DNA of 64,000 nt from Clostridia bacterium (lineage in GTDB: Bacteria > Bacillota > Clostridia > Christensenellales > CAG-314): contig CAAGHL010000070.1 of NCBI GenBank assembly GCA_900769665.1, positions 13,620 through 77,619 on the forward strand, read 5' to 3'. The stretch's first letter is position 1. The number at the start of each line of letters is the position of its first letter. Under the pieces are notes generated by a model, which ran no database searches, was not told the origin of the DNA, and was given only the letters and a program-made list of their open reading frames with translations. A program made the position numbers and the translations under genes. Below are positions 9,022 through 17,172 of this stretch, in pieces.

Positions 9022-10212
9022 TCAATTCTCTTGCGAAGTGTATTCGCAGGACTGCCTATCCACAGTTGCGACCACGTACACATTGGGATGCAGTTCCGCA
9101 ACTTTACTTTGCAAATAATTGCGAAGTTCGCCGTCGGACATTGCACAGTCGAAGGTCACAGCCACGTCAAATATCAAATTGATGCGTTGCGGCCCCTTTA
9201 CCATGCGGAAGTCATGCACGCCGAAACGCTCGTCGAGTTGCGCCACAATTTGCTTTACTTCCTTGCGGTAGCCGTCCAACACGGGGTCGCCGACAACAAT
9301 GGGGTCCATGTGTATCACCAACGTTACATCGGTATGCTCGGCAAAGTCCCGCTCGATATTGTCCACCAATTCGTGGCTTGTCATCACGTCCACCGCCGCG
9401 TCCACTTCCACATGCACGCTTGCGTAAAACTTGTTCGGACCGTAGTTGTGCACTTCTAGGTCGTGGATGCCCTTTACTCCGTCAAATTGCATGATGCGGT
9501 TGTATATGCCGTCGACAACTTCTTTGTCGGGAGCTTTGCCTAGCAGTTTGCTCATTGTGTCGCGCAGTATGCCTACGCCGGCAACGCCGATAAGCACTGC
9601 CACCGCCAAGCCGACAATGCCGTCCAAGTACACAAAACCCGTGTATTTGGTGACAAGTACCGACGCTAAAACGCCGAAAGTGGCACACGAGTCGGACAAA
9701 CTGTCCGTTGCGGTTGCTTTCAACAATTCACTGCCGTAGGTGTTGCCAAGTTTGCGATTGAACAAAAACATCCACAGTTTAACCGCAATGGATACGCCCA
9801 ATACCCCGACAGTCCACCAACTGAATTCCGAAGCCGTCGGCGAAATAATCTTGTCTATACTCTCTTTTGCCAGTTGCAAGGCAAGCACGGCAACTATCAC
9901 GCCTACGACCAATGCCGAAACGTACTCGATACGCTGATGTCCGTAAGGATGGTCTTTGTCGGCTTTTTTGCCTGCCAACTTGAAGCTGACAAGCGAAATA
10001 ACGTTGCTTCCGCAGTCGGTAAGGTTGTTGATACCGTCTGCAAGCGCAGACACCACGCCGAACATTAGGCCTATCGCCATCTTTGAAACGGCAAGCAATA
10101 TGTTTAGTATTATGCCTACGGTGCCGCTCAACTTTCCGACTTGTTGTCGTACCGTGCCGTTTTGCGTTTCGGCGTAGTTTGGCACGAATAGTTTTAGTAA
10201 CAGTTTTGTCAT
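9022..10212 (-). CDS. Cation diffusion facilitator (CDF) family metal efflux transporter
   Basis: Six hydrophobic segments, DHPYGHQRIEY, and a C-terminal cytoplasmic domain. The ORF-track start at 10221 is TTG; the first ATG is 10210-10212. Start uncertain by 3 codons. Confidence 0.85.
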   Translation of the reverse strand: MTKLLLKLFVPNYAETQNGTVRQQVGKLSGTVGIILNILLAVSKMAIGLMFGVVSALADGINNLTDCGSNVISLVSFKLAGKKADKDHPYGHQRIEYVSALVVGVIVAVLALQLAKESIDKIISPTASEFSWWTVGVLGVSIAVKLWMFLFNRKLGNTYGSELLKATATDSLSDSCATFGVLASVLVTKYTGFVYLDGIVGLAVAVLIGVAGVGILRDTMSKLLGKAPDKEVVDGIYNRIMQFDGVKGIHDLEVHNYGPNKFYASVHVEVDAAVDVMTSHELVDNIERDFAEHTDVTLVIHMDPIVVGDPVLDGYRKEVKQIVAQLDERFGVHDFRMVKGPQRINLIFDVAVTFDCAMSDGELRNYLQSKVAELHPNVYVVATVDRQSCEYTSQEN

Positions 10213-10401
10213 GAAATTCAACCTACGTATTATTTTTTTGTGATTTTACCGTCAACGCCAACCACATTAGCGATACCAATCTGCACAGCACAATCGTGTG
10301 TAAAATTAGCGACGGAAACACCGCTAAATAGCAATTTGCCTTCCGCACAATGGCAGAAAGCAAATAGTATTCTTTTGATAGTAACGGCGAGTTTTTGCCG
10401 T

Positions 10402-11832
10402 CTATTTTGTCTTGTTGAAGTAGTCTTGCACTATCTTGTACAGCATGCCCGTGTCGTCGTATTCGCCGGGATTGGTTGCTCCGACAGTGCCGACCTTGCT
10501 CCAAGCCTCGGCAATTTCCTCATATGTTGCCGTTGTAATGTCCACTTTCAGTTCGCCTGCGCCAAGACACATTTTGTTGACGTACAATCCCCAACTGTTG
10601 TCCCAATCGCCTACGGAGATAGCTTTGTAATTCCAAATTGTCCAGCCAAAACCTCTCTTGTCGTACTCGGCAAGCCATTTGTCCCATTCCGCCTCGTTGT
10701 CAAAGAAAGTAAATTCCCCTATTAGATACGGGACATCGAACGCCTTGAACGAATATGTAAGGTCTTGCGCCCAATAAAACATATCGTAACTGATGGTGCC
10801 GCTGTTCCAATTGTACATATGCAATTGGTACATGACATTGTTCCAACCAAACAACGACGGATCGATGCAACTGCCAAACATCCAACAAAATTCCACGGAT
10901 ATTAGGTGGTTTTGCGTGTCTACATCCCGTATTGCGCGGTACAATTTGTCCATCACTGCCGCTTGCTTGCGCGTAGTAGACGGCGTATTGCGGTCGACGG
11001 GTTCGTTCATCAGGTCATATGCGCCTATCGTTTGGGACAAGTCTTTCCGCACGGTGGCGTAACGCTCGGCAATTGTTTTCCATAACAAGCACATGTCTTC
11101 CTGTGCTTTTTCGTTGGTCCAAAAGTCGATTGTACGCAAGCCGCTGTGCTCGTAACCGTTTTGTCCGCCTTCTACTCCGTGCATATCCAATATAGCGTAC
11201 AAGCCGTTTGCCTTGCATTGATCCAAGAACCAGTCCAATCGTTTGTACCACTCGTTTTTCATCACGTAGTTGTTGTTGGCGTCCAACTCCATAAAGTTAC
11301 CAAAATACATCGGCAACCGCACAGTGTTGAAACCGAGTTGCTTGACGTAGACAAAGTCGACTTCCTGTATAAAGTTATCTTGGTAAATATCCACAAGCTT
11401 GTCGGCTTTTTCCTTGCCGAAACGCTCGGTAAGAATGTCCAATTCGTCCTGATAGAAACTTTCCTTGTAACTTTCCACAATTCCGTTTTCGTTTACTTTG
11501 GCAGGTTTTCCGTCTTTATCGAGCTCCACGCCTACGCTGTGCGTGCAAAGCCAACCCTCGGTAATCAACCAGTTGCCGAAGTTAATTCCGCGAAATGTTA
11601 CGCGATTGCCGTCGGCGTCGTACACGCCTCTGCCGTTTGCACGCAACGGTTGGTCGACGGCAGTTTCCCCCGTCCATTGTATTTTGTCAGGTACGGGCGC
11701 GTAGTAGTTGTCGGCAAAAACAGCGACTTTTACAAGCAATATACCTGTAATCAGTGCAAATACAAGCACTATTGCCACCACTACAATCAACACGCGTTTC
11801 AATACGGAACGCTTTTGTTTTGCCTCTTCCAC
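10402..11832 (-). CDS. Glycoside hydrolase family 5 (cellulase/mannanase-like) with N-terminal membrane anchor
   Basis: TM helix VLIVVVAIVLVFALITGILLV, FNTVRLP, and catalytic NEP (YDLMNEPV). Start set to GTG 11830-11832 behind AAAGGAGA; the ORF-track start at 11895 has no RBS. Confidence 0.8.
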   Translation of the reverse strand: MEEAKQKRSVLKRVLIVVVAIVLVFALITGILLVKVAVFADNYYAPVPDKIQWTGETAVDQPLRANGRGVYDADGNRVTFRGINFGNWLITEGWLCTHSVGVELDKDGKPAKVNENGIVESYKESFYQDELDILTERFGKEKADKLVDIYQDNFIQEVDFVYVKQLGFNTVRLPMYFGNFMELDANNNYVMKNEWYKRLDWFLDQCKANGLYAILDMHGVEGGQNGYEHSGLRTIDFWTNEKAQEDMCLLWKTIAERYATVRKDLSQTIGAYDLMNEPVDRNTPSTTRKQAAVMDKLYRAIRDVDTQNHLISVEFCWMFGSCIDPSLFGWNNVMYQLHMYNWNSGTISYDMFYWAQDLTYSFKAFDVPYLIGEFTFFDNEAEWDKWLAEYDKRGFGWTIWNYKAISVGDWDNSWGLYVNKMCLGAGELKVDITTATYEEIAEAWSKVGTVGATNPGEYDDTGMLYKIVQDYFNKTK

Positions 11833-11992
11833 AATATCTCCTTTGACGTATAACACACGTGCGCGCGGCGATATACCGCAACCCAAACGCCGCATTTTTG
11901 CACACTAAACAACGCAAAATGTAACGGAATTTGTAATACGTATTGATTTTTTTAGTACAATTCCTATATTTAGTCAACGCCTTGCAAAACGT

Positions 11993-13459
11993 CTACTCTG
12001 CTTTATCATTGCAGTCCGTTGCGGTGTTGTCAACTTGTTCTGCGGCTTGTTGCTCCGTAGCGACATCGACGTTACCTTCCACATCGGCGTTAATTTGCAA
12101 CAACTCCTTGCGACGAAATTCCCCTGCTTGCTTACGCACGATTACCGACGGAACGAACACAAACGCCGCCGCCACTGCGGAAAACAAAAACAATTCAAAC
12201 GGGTAAACTTTGTCGCCGATATTGTATCCGCTGTTTGACGTAATCAAATCGTTGTAGGATTTCAATTCTTCGCCGAATCCGTTGATAATAAGCGGCGTAA
12301 ACAGACTTGCCAATATCATCGGGACGGTAACGTAAATGATGATACGCACACCTTGGAAGCAGCCTGCCTTGTCCTTTGGCGTGTAGTCGCGTGCCGACGC
12401 GTTAAACAAGCCCGCAACAAGCAAACTTGCACCCTCGATAAGCGTCCCGCCGACGACAAACAACGCAAAAGTCAATGTTTTATCTCCACCGCAAAACTTG
12501 ATTAAGTACACAATCAGTCCGCCCAAAACGCCTGCCGCCGCAACGGGGTAGAAAAACTTTTCTTTGCCGAATTTGTCCATCAGTTTGCCGCCGATAACGG
12601 CAATCACCGCCGACAGCAACACCACAAGCGCAAGCGGCAACACATATCCGTCGCCGAAACCTAAGGTGTATTGCAAAAGCACAATCATGTACGGTTGCCA
12701 CAGTTGCATGGAAAGTCCGCTAAACATCATGCCGAACAAACACACGTAAATCATCTTATGTTTGACAAAACTTTTCGGACGAAATCCGTAAGCCACTTCG
12801 GCAAAGTATTTTCCGCTACGATCGGGGCGCAACACGGGGCTGTCCTTCATTAAAAACAATCCCACAACGCCGGACAGCGACGTCATGCCGCCAAGTAGCA
12901 AAAAGAATGTCGTCCAGTTACCGTTTTGCGTCAATCCGTCAAAGCCTACAAAAATAATCATCAATGCGGCAACAGGCATAATGGACAATACCACGTCCAC
13001 AAAGCCGCGGTTGGTGATGTCCGTAACGTCGGTAACCCATGCGGAAAAAGCCGCATCGTTGGAAAGCGAGCCGAACACCGTCATTACGCAGTCCATAATA
13101 ACAAACACCACTACCACGGTCACGACGCTTTCCGCCGAAACGTGGTTGTTGCCAAACAGCGCAAAAGCCGCCGTCACCAAGCCCCACACAATGTAGCCGA
13201 AGCACACAAAAACCTTGCGTTTGCCTACACGGTCGGTCAGTACTCCGCCGAAAATGGACACCAACGCCGCAACGACTGCACTTGCCGCAACGGTAGCCGA
13301 ACTTGCCCATGGTTCCATGGTAATGTTCTTTTGTATGTAGGTGGAAAAATAGATATTCTCCACAATCCAAGCAATCTGTCCCATAAGACCGAATATTGCC
13401 ACGGACAACCACACTTTCCAACCGAGTTTGTTGGACTTGCGTACTACTACTTCCGCCAT
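11993..13459 (-). CDS. MFS transporter (sugar:cation symporter-like)
   Basis: About 12 hydrophobic segments and the LTDRVGKRK loop. Start ATG 13457-13459 behind GGAGGT. Acidic C-terminal tail. Confidence 0.8.
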   Translation of the reverse strand: MAEVVVRKSNKLGWKVWLSVAIFGLMGQIAWIVENIYFSTYIQKNITMEPWASSATVAASAVVAALVSIFGGVLTDRVGKRKVFVCFGYIVWGLVTAAFALFGNNHVSAESVVTVVVVFVIMDCVMTVFGSLSNDAAFSAWVTDVTDITNRGFVDVVLSIMPVAALMIIFVGFDGLTQNGNWTTFFLLLGGMTSLSGVVGLFLMKDSPVLRPDRSGKYFAEVAYGFRPKSFVKHKMIYVCLFGMMFSGLSMQLWQPYMIVLLQYTLGFGDGYVLPLALVVLLSAVIAVIGGKLMDKFGKEKFFYPVAAAGVLGGLIVYLIKFCGGDKTLTFALFVVGGTLIEGASLLVAGLFNASARDYTPKDKAGCFQGVRIIIYVTVPMILASLFTPLIINGFGEELKSYNDLITSNSGYNIGDKVYPFELFLFSAVAAAFVFVPSVIVRKQAGEFRRKELLQINADVEGNVDVATEQQAAEQVDNTATDCNDKAE

Positions 13460-13486
13460 ACTGACCTCCACAAAGGTTATCGCTTT

Positions 13487-13515
13487 ATTGTACCACACAT
13501 CTATTTATATTTCAA
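13487..13515 (-). promoter_or_regulatory. Sigma-A promoter candidate for the MFS gene
   Basis: Minus strand: TTGAAA, 17 nt, TACAAT, with TGg extended -10. Confidence 0.5.
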
Positions 13516-13654
13516 GTTTTATCGAAAAATTTAGCACCGTACAACGAATTTTATTTCGATTTGCAAGTAGAAAATCAGGAATATGCAAGCAATCAATCTG
13601 TTCGATAAGCAAACGAACTCGTTTAATGCGACAGTCACAGCATTACCTTTTCGG

Positions 13655-13855
13655 GAACGCCTGATGCTATATCGCCTCGGCAATGTCCCACGAAAAACGG
13701 TCTGATACCTCCCTCCAGTCGGAGCAAAGAAGTAATAGTCCGCACTCATTTTTATGCGCCCTCCTTCCGAGGTTTTCGTTTGGACACCGCCTCGCCTCCC
13801 ATTGCAAATAGGTCGACGTAATTAAAATGTCGCTGCGTGGTAACACCGTGACTGT
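13655..13855 (+). repeat. Degenerate, rearranged copy of the B-type intergenic repeat
   Basis: Shares gaacgcctgatgct, tagtccgc..tatgcgcc and atgtcgctg.gtgg.aaca blocks with 16502-16658. Interrupted by about 60 nt. Confidence 0.4.
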
Positions 13856-14045
13856 CACATATCCAACTCTTGGAGAAAATGAGATTTTTCATCGACAAAC
13901 GTTGGTAGCTTCAACTTATCGAACCGATTTTAACTTATCTTTCAAGCAAATACACCTTTCAAAACTTCATAGTAAATCGACGCAAAGCCAATCGATTTAA
14001 CCAATCAATTTTTCGCCGCATCTTTCACTCGTTGCCCCACCATTC

Positions 14046-14225
14046 CACTACCCCGACCACCCACCCCTCAAGGTCAAAGAACTTTATTATAAAGTAGCAT
14101 GCGAGGCGCGACCTACTTTGTCGCAACGTGGCAATCTCGCGGAAGCACCATTGTCGCAAGGTTGCTTTCCAGCAGATCCCCACGTCGCGACAAGTACAGT
14201 CGCTCCTCGGGATGACACTTTATTG
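14046..14225 (+). repeat. A-type intergenic repeat, full-length copy (A1)
   Basis: The left part (cactaccccga ccaccc..ctcaaggtcaaagaactttatta) matches 16491-16500 plus 16659-16712. The right part, 14126-14216, is the reverse complement of 18910-18994. Confidence 0.8.
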
Positions 14226-14236
14226 CATACTAACAC

Positions 14237-14390
14237 TCACTTAATCATTTTCTACCAACTAAGTGTTTGGTGGGCAAGGTGTTGCCCCACGGCGACATCG
14301 GAGCGTAGGCACATACAACTGAGAGCGGTCAACAAGTGATATTGCTCTACGCGGAGCGAGCATCAGGCGTTCGCAGTGGGACAATGCCTT
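14237..14390 (-). repeat. B-type repeat, inverted copy (B2), MITE-like
   Basis: The reverse complement aligns to 16502-16658 at about 80% identity over about 100 nt (ctgcgaacgc.tga.gctcgctccgc..agagcaata ... gcctacgctccgatgtcgc.gtg.ggcaac). Confidence 0.7.
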
Positions 14391-14492
14391 GACCGACAAA
14401 CACGTTTACTGCCAATCGCCCTCTACTTGCCTCCGCGGCGAGCGGCGAGAAAGGGGTGCGGGGAAAACGACGTTCGTTTGCCCCGCATACGC

Positions 14493-14521
14493 TTGACGTC
14501 AGTAAAATAATACAATATAAT
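14493..14521 (+). promoter_or_regulatory. Sigma-A promoter candidate for pepF
   Basis: TTGACG (14493-14498), 17 nt, TATAAT (14516-14521). Confidence 0.6.
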
Positions 14522-14614
14522 ATATCTAATATTTGTCCGAAGCGACCCGTCCGCCACGGTATGTCGCGCCACAAAAATGGCAACACTTATTTGGACAAAG
14601 AAGGAGCTAATAGT

Positions 14615-16399
14615 ATGAGTTACACCAACCGCAATGAAATCCCCGCAAAATATACTTGGAACCTCGGCGACATCTTCGCCACACCAGACAAATGGGAAGA
14701 GGCTTTCAACCAACTGTCCAAGGAGTACACCGCTTTGTGCGACTTCCAAGGCAAGCTTGCAAACCGCGACAGTTTGCTTGAATTTTTCAAGCTGTCCGAC
14801 AAAATCGACCTCAAATTGGAGCAACTGTACTGCTACGCTTCCATGGCTTACAACGAGGACAGCCAAGACTCCGTACGTCAAGCACGTTTCAGCAAAATTT
14901 ACGGCTTACTCAACAAGTATGACGCCGCAACAAGCTTTGTTTCTCCGGAATTGTCGGCAATCCCCGACGAGCAACTGAAAGCATTCATTGCCGATCCCGC
15001 TTTTTCCGACTACGACGTCATCCTTACCAACCTACTTGAAGGCAAAGCGCACATTTTGTCCGAAGCGGAAGAAAAACTCATGGCAAAAGTCGGCACGTTC
15101 TCCGAGCAATTCCACGAAGTTTTCAATCGCTTGGACAGCGGCGACATCAAGTTTGACAAAATAACCGTCAACGGCGAGGAAGTCCAACTCGGTCACGGCA
15201 CATACAGTATGCTGTTGCAAAACAAGGATCAAGCTGTGCGTAAACTTGCGTTTGAAACCTACTACAAGGCATATGTCGACGTAATAAATACGCTTGCCGG
15301 CGTTTACGAAGGCAGCGTAAAGGCGGACTGGTTCCGCGCCGAAGCTCGTCACTTCAACTCCACAATGGAAATGGCACTGTTCTACGAACATGTAGACAAA
15401 GCCGTGTACGACAACCTTATCAAATGCACGCACGAGTCGCTTGCGCCACTACATCGCTACATTGCGCTACGCAAAAAACTGATGGGTTTGGAAACGCTCA
15501 ACATGTACGACTTGTACGTGTCCATATTTGAAGACGCCGACATCTCCTGCGAATACGAAGAGGCTTGCGAGCTTGTGTTGAAAGGCTTGGCACCCCTCGG
15601 CGAAGATTACCTAAAAGTCGTGCGCGAAGCATTTGCCAACCGCTGGATTGACGTACACGAAACGCCGACAAAGCGTAGCGGCGCATACAGCATGGGCGTA
15701 AAGGGCGTACACCCCTACATGCTACTCAACTACCAAAAAACCACGCACGACATCTTTACAATCGCGCACGAAATGGGACACTCCATGCACAGCTATTACA
15801 GCGAGTTGACGCAACCGCAAGCAAAAAGCGACTACAAGATTTTCGTTGCCGAAGTTGCTTCCACATGCAACGAAGTGTTGTTGCTAAAATATTTGCTAAA
15901 AACGGAAACCGATCCCGCCGTCAAAAAATACTTGCTGCAATACTACTTGGATATGTTGCGCACCACGCTGTACCGTCAAACAATGTTTGCCGAGTTTGAA
16001 CAAATTTCCCACGACATGGCGGAAAAGGGCGTACCTTTCACCACCGAAGCACTGTGCGAAAAATACTTGGCACTCAACAAAATGTACTACGGCGAAGCAG
16101 TCCACCACAACGAAGAAATCAAGTACGAGTGGGCGCGTATACCGCACTTTTACCGCGCATTTTACGTGTACAAGTACGCTACCGGTATCATTTCGGCAGT
16201 GTGCATAGCGGAAAAAATTCTCAGCGAAGGCGCACCCGCATTGGCGGCTTACCGCAAGTTTTTGACGCTTGGCGGCAGCATGGACCCCGTGTCGGAATTG
16301 AAAGTGGCAGGCGTAGACCTTACGACGGAAGAACCCTTCAAAATCGTTGCAAAGAGCTTCGAAGACACGCTCAACCAATTGGAAGAACTGTGTAAGTAA
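14615..16399 (+). CDS. pepF: Oligoendopeptidase F (M3B metallopeptidase)
   Basis: HEMGH zinc site (IAHEMGHSMH) and a 594-aa length typical of M3B. ORF 14456..16399 trimmed to ATG 14615 behind GAAGGAG. Confidence 0.9.
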   Translation: MSYTNRNEIPAKYTWNLGDIFATPDKWEEAFNQLSKEYTALCDFQGKLANRDSLLEFFKLSDKIDLKLEQLYCYASMAYNEDSQDSVRQARFSKIYGLLNKYDAATSFVSPELSAIPDEQLKAFIADPAFSDYDVILTNLLEGKAHILSEAEEKLMAKVGTFSEQFHEVFNRLDSGDIKFDKITVNGEEVQLGHGTYSMLLQNKDQAVRKLAFETYYKAYVDVINTLAGVYEGSVKADWFRAEARHFNSTMEMALFYEHVDKAVYDNLIKCTHESLAPLHRYIALRKKLMGLETLNMYDLYVSIFEDADISCEYEEACELVLKGLAPLGEDYLKVVREAFANRWIDVHETPTKRSGAYSMGVKGVHPYMLLNYQKTTHDIFTIAHEMGHSMHSYYSELTQPQAKSDYKIFVAEVASTCNEVLLLKYLLKTETDPAVKKYLLQYYLDMLRTTLYRQTMFAEFEQISHDMAEKGVPFTTEALCEKYLALNKMYYGEAVHHNEEIKYEWARIPHFYRAFYVYKYATGIISAVCIAEKILSEGAPALAAYRKFLTLGGSMDPVSELKVAGVDLTTEEPFKIVAKSFEDTLNQLEELCK

Positions 16400-16405
16400 A
16401 AATAC

Positions 16406-16445
16406 AACGTCGATGCGCTTGTCGTGTCGACGTTCTTTTTTGTTT
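16406..16445 (+). terminator. Rho-independent terminator after pepF
   Basis: AACGTCGA, loop, TCGACGTT, followed by CTTTTTTTGTTTTG. Confidence 0.8.
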
Positions 16446-16501
16446 TGTTCCCACCGACTTGTTTGCAAGATATGGTCGGTTTGCACGAACCACTACCCCG
16501 A

Positions 16502-16658
16502 AAATCGCCTCGCTATTACCACGCTGCGAACGCTTGAAGCTCGCTCCGCACAGAGCAATATAGATATAGTCCGCTTTCAATCTTATGCGCCTACGCTCCG
16601 ATGTCGCTGTGTGGCAACAACTCGGCTCCACCCCTTCGGGAAAGGCAATGATTTTTTT
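16502..16658 (+). repeat. B-type repeat, forward copy (B3), apparently inserted into an A-type repeat
   Basis: It separates cactaccccga (16491-16501) from ccacccctcaaggtc (16659-), which are contiguous at 14046-14075. GA is present at both junctions. The ends aaatcgcct and aggcaatgattt form an imperfect terminal inverted repeat. Confidence 0.65.
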
Positions 16659-16735
16659 GACCACCCCTCAAGGTCAAAGGACTTTATTACAACGCACGAC
16701 CTATTGTTGCAATCCGTTTGAAAGCAACCTTTGCA
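16659..16735 (+). repeat. A-type repeat, partial copy (A2)
   Basis: gaccacccctcaaggtcaaaggactttattacaacgcacgacctattgttgcaa matches 14055-14126. Confidence 0.7.
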
Positions 16736-16758
16736 AAACTATAACATTTCCTTAAAAC

Positions 16759-16812
16759 TGCTCAATATTTTTGCCGAATATTGCTCAATGAAAACGCCGA
16801 ATATTGCTCAAT
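16759..16812 (+). promoter_or_regulatory. Three direct repeats of TGCTCAAT phased exactly 23 bp apart (candidate regulator-binding array)
   Basis: TGCTCAAT at 16759-16766, 16782-16789 and 16805-16812. The last two sit within identical 17-mers, GCCGAATATTGCTCAAT (16773-16789 and 16796-16812). Confidence 0.5.
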
Positions 16813-16840
16813 CCTTGACAAATGGCGAAAAAAACTAACG

Positions 16841-16869
16841 TTGACAAGTAGGTCTTACTACAATATAAA
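16841..16869 (+). promoter_or_regulatory. Orphan near-consensus sigma-A promoter
   Basis: TTGACA (16841-16846), 17 nt, TATAAA (16864-16869). There is no plus-strand CDS downstream before the hairpin at 17082-17110. Confidence 0.5.
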
Positions 16870-16875
16870 GCCGAC

Positions 16876-17115
16876 ATCGACAATAAAGTTACCGTCAACA
16901 ATTGTCGGGATACTCGCAAAGGGCGCTCTTGTTTCCCCAAGGGCAGGGGAAGGCATAGATGCGAGGGCGTTCGCCGCAAGGACTGCGGCTCGGCTGAGGA
17001 CACGTTTTACACTTCGGCACTACTTGATCGGCTTAATGAGCCAAATACATAGTAGGCAATGTTATTTTCATTATGCAAGAAGCCCTCTTGCGGATTTTCC
17101 GCAAGAGGGCCTTGA
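16876..17115 (+). ncRNA. Candidate ~240-nt orphan transcript (sRNA or leader remnant); hypothetical
   Basis: Bounded by the orphan promoter and a 13-bp-stem hairpin. Local hairpins include CCGACA..TGTCGG and GCCGCA..TGCGGC. The only coding potential is a 12-codon micro-ORF (16959-16997) behind GGGGAAGG. No known RNA family recognised. Confidence 0.2.
17082..17110. terminator. Strong hairpin terminator downstream of the pilin-like gene (possibly bidirectional)
   Basis: GCCCTCTTGCGGA, TTT, TCCGCAAGAGGGC. On the minus strand it is followed by a T-rich tract. Confidence 0.75.
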
Positions 17116-17172
17116 TTGTTGGATCGAGTTGTCAATTGCGATAGAATACTCTATCGATTGTCGGGCAAACAC

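Noticed and set aside
6095-9025. N-terminal extensions in the ORF track. Examples: 6095..9025, 31463..32155, 27121..29079, 50610..51182, 55211..56563, 20717..21586, 21632..22387, 19809..20807.
   Set aside because: The extensions overlap upstream genes or terminators, start at weak or non-ATG codons without an RBS, and read as junk. An internal start with a strong GGAGG-type RBS matches the expected family N-terminus.
14118-14339. Small ORFs inside the repeat regions (14118..14339, 13531..13749, 13667..13858, 16781..17260, 18841..19068, 18930..19247).
   Set aside because: They are translations of the A/B intergenic repeats (peptides such as VAPRDD and LPRNDN recur in either orientation). They have no RBS and appear on both strands of the same repeat.
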